Below, one piece after another: positions 61,171-63,311 of a stretch of 63,311 nucleotides of DNA. Positions within the stretch are counted from its first letter, which is position 1. Every line of letters starts with the position of its first letter. Source of the DNA: Chiloscyllium plagiosum (Eukaryota). A program made the position numbers and the translations under genes. The stretch lies in the NCBI RefSeq assembly GCF_004010195.1, contig NC_057718.1, forward strand, positions 35,478,161 to 35,541,471, in the 5' to 3' direction. A model generated the notes under the pieces. That model did not search any database. It saw only the letters and a program-made list of their open reading frames with translations, and had not been told where the DNA came from.

Positions 61171-62734
61171 GTAAGTGGAGTTTCTTTCAAGGTATTGGAC
61201 TTTTCTGAAACTAAAATTGGTATGAACTTTTCTCTTTTTAAACATTCCTTTTGCATTTATTAGAAAAGTACAATTATTATCTAATCCAATTGGGTGAGAC
61301 TCAGAGATAAGAAAGACTGAGTGAGTGAATTTTCAATGTTAATGCTATTTGGGAAGTAAAACAGTTCCTGAGGAAACATGCAGTCCTTACATCACCCTGC
61401 AAAAGGACAGTCCTAACAAACTGTCTTCTACTTTACAATGCTAAAGAGTTTTGAATGGTTTCTGAGAGGTCTTATCAAATAATAAAGGAATACCCTACCC
61501 AATGAGAAAACTAAAAGCATGGGCAAAAAAGTAAATTTTTGTCAAAGTGGCTTTTTAGGTGCTCCTTCCAGGAGAGCTGATAGAATGGAGAATTTTCTGT
61601 TTCTGTGAATGAAAGCTCAGATTGACTTCCTTTAGATGGGGTAACATTTCTCAGTTGAACTGGTGAATATCTAAGAAATTGCAATCAATAAAGCACTTAT
61701 AGGGAGCCTGAAAGCATTGAAGAGGTGGTCTCTCCTGGGACACCAGTAATGTTTCACTTGTGGGGACAAGAATGAACATCATTGAAAGTACATTTAAAAA
61801 TGGAAATAGGAGGATGCAACTGAGAACGAAAGGTAAAATTGGCATAGTCCTACCAGACCATAAGGCTGCTCTCTCATCTGACAGAGACAAGTTAGCCTGA
61901 GGGTCAGCACAGCAAAGGGGAGAGCAGAGTTTGAGAAGGAGAGTCTTTCATGGAAACCTCAGCCAGTGCAGGAATTGAATCCATGTTGTTGGCATCACTC
62001 TGCGTTGCAAACCAGCCAAGTGAGGCAATCTTTCTTTTCCTTTCCCACCCCAACCTCAGATGTTTTTGCTACCAGCTCGGATACCCCATTCCCCTCAGCG
62101 ACAGGCCAACACAGTGGGGCTGGTTTTTGAAAGGACAAGGCTGAAGACAGAGTTTGACGGACTCAGGTAAAGTAAAAGGCAAAATTAATGGATGCTCTAT
62201 TTGAAGAAAAAAAATGGGAATCTTGTTAAAGAGTGAACCGCTTGCTTTTACTGGCAACCTAACAGTTGCCAATTTTTAAAGCTAATTTCAATTTCTCATG
62301 TTGCTGTACGGGGTTTGAACTTATACTTTCTGTATTCTCATACCAGCTACCTTGAATTACAAATTCAGTAGTATAACTGATGCATTACCACAACCTTTAT
62401 GGTTGTGTCTCTGCCACATAAAACCCCTTGCACTGCAGAACTTCACTTCCACCACTGTCAATAACTATATGGCACTGTTGATATTTGACAAAGTTGAACA
62501 ATTAGTGTAGTGGTTCACAGTACTTAGATTAGCTTAAATAAAGATGGAATTAAAATCAGAATTAGATTTTATTATCAACTGCCATGAAATACATGATTAC
62601 GGTGGAAAGTGTACAATGTTGTCATCTTAGGTACAAAGATGCCTAGAGACAAAATCTTAGATACAAAAGTAAAAAAATATAGAAATAAAGTTAAAAGCTG
62701 TACATTACAGTTCTTCTTAGTATGAGAACTCAGA

Positions 62735-63311
62735 GAACCTCGACACGGTCCTGTCCTCCTTAGTCCAAGAACTCCCCACCTACGTTTGGGACACCACCCA
62801 CGCCCGCCACCTCCTCCATGATTTTCGCTTCCATGGCCCCCAACGCCTTATCTTCAGCATGGACATCCGGTCCCTATACACCTCCATCCCCCATCACGAA
62901 GGCCTCAAAGCCCTCCGCTTCTTCCTTTCCCGCTGAACCAACCAGTACCCTTCCACTGACACCCTCCTTCGACTGACTGAACTGGTTCTCACTCTGAACA
63001 ACGTCTCTTTCCAATCCTCCCACTTCCTCCAAACCAAAGGAGTAGCCATGGGCACCCGCATGGCCCCTAGCTATGCCTGCCTCTTTGTCGGATATGTGGA
63101 ACAGTCTATCTTCCGTAGCTACACTGGCACCACCCCCCACCTTTTCCTCCGCTACATCGATGACTGTATCGGCGCTACCTTGTGCTCCCATGAGGAGGTT
63201 GAACAGTTCATCCACTTTACTAACACCTTCCACCCCGACCTCAAATTTACTTGGACCGTCTCAGACTCCTCCCTCCCCTTCCTAGACCTCTCCATTTCTA
63301 TCTCGGGCGAC
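62735..63311 (+). mobile_element. Penelope-like reverse transcriptase core (runs off window end)
   Basis: LIFSMDIRSLYTSIPHHEGLKAL, TKGVAMGTRMAPSYACLFVG, FLRYIDDCIG; an in-frame TGA at ~62934. Confidence 0.85.

Overview
Eukaryotic, repeat-dense genomic DNA, most likely from a shark or other elasmobranch (inferred from HE1-type SINEs, a DeuSINE/SacSINE-like element and abundant CR1 and Penelope-like elements). Host genes I can support: two internal coding exons of HAAO (3-hydroxyanthranilate 3,4-dioxygenase; + strand, 53711-53789 and 61087-61170) and an intact intron-containing tRNA-Ile(TAT) gene (- strand, 44416-44508) in a CpG island about 9 kb upstream of them. I could not find the first coding exon of HAAO; it probably lies in an N gap. 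The rest is mobile DNA. This includes a two-LTR, decayed Gypsy element with the atypical Gmr1-type order (protease-integrase-RT-RNase H), a fossil Harbinger transposase, a Tigger/pogo-like MITE, and many CR1/L2 and Penelope fragments. The most notable signal is a set of short, TSD-flanked, palindromic Penelope-derived elements. These and the Penelope 3' ends carry minimal type-I hammerhead ribozyme motifs in three sequence families with different but base-paired helices. There is also a near-identical 3.5-kb tandem duplication (32930-40001), a perfect 47-bp palindrome and a 34-bp locally templated insertion. Almost all ORFs in the supplied track are repeat fragments or noise. Repeat boundaries are approximate unless TSDs or termini are quoted.
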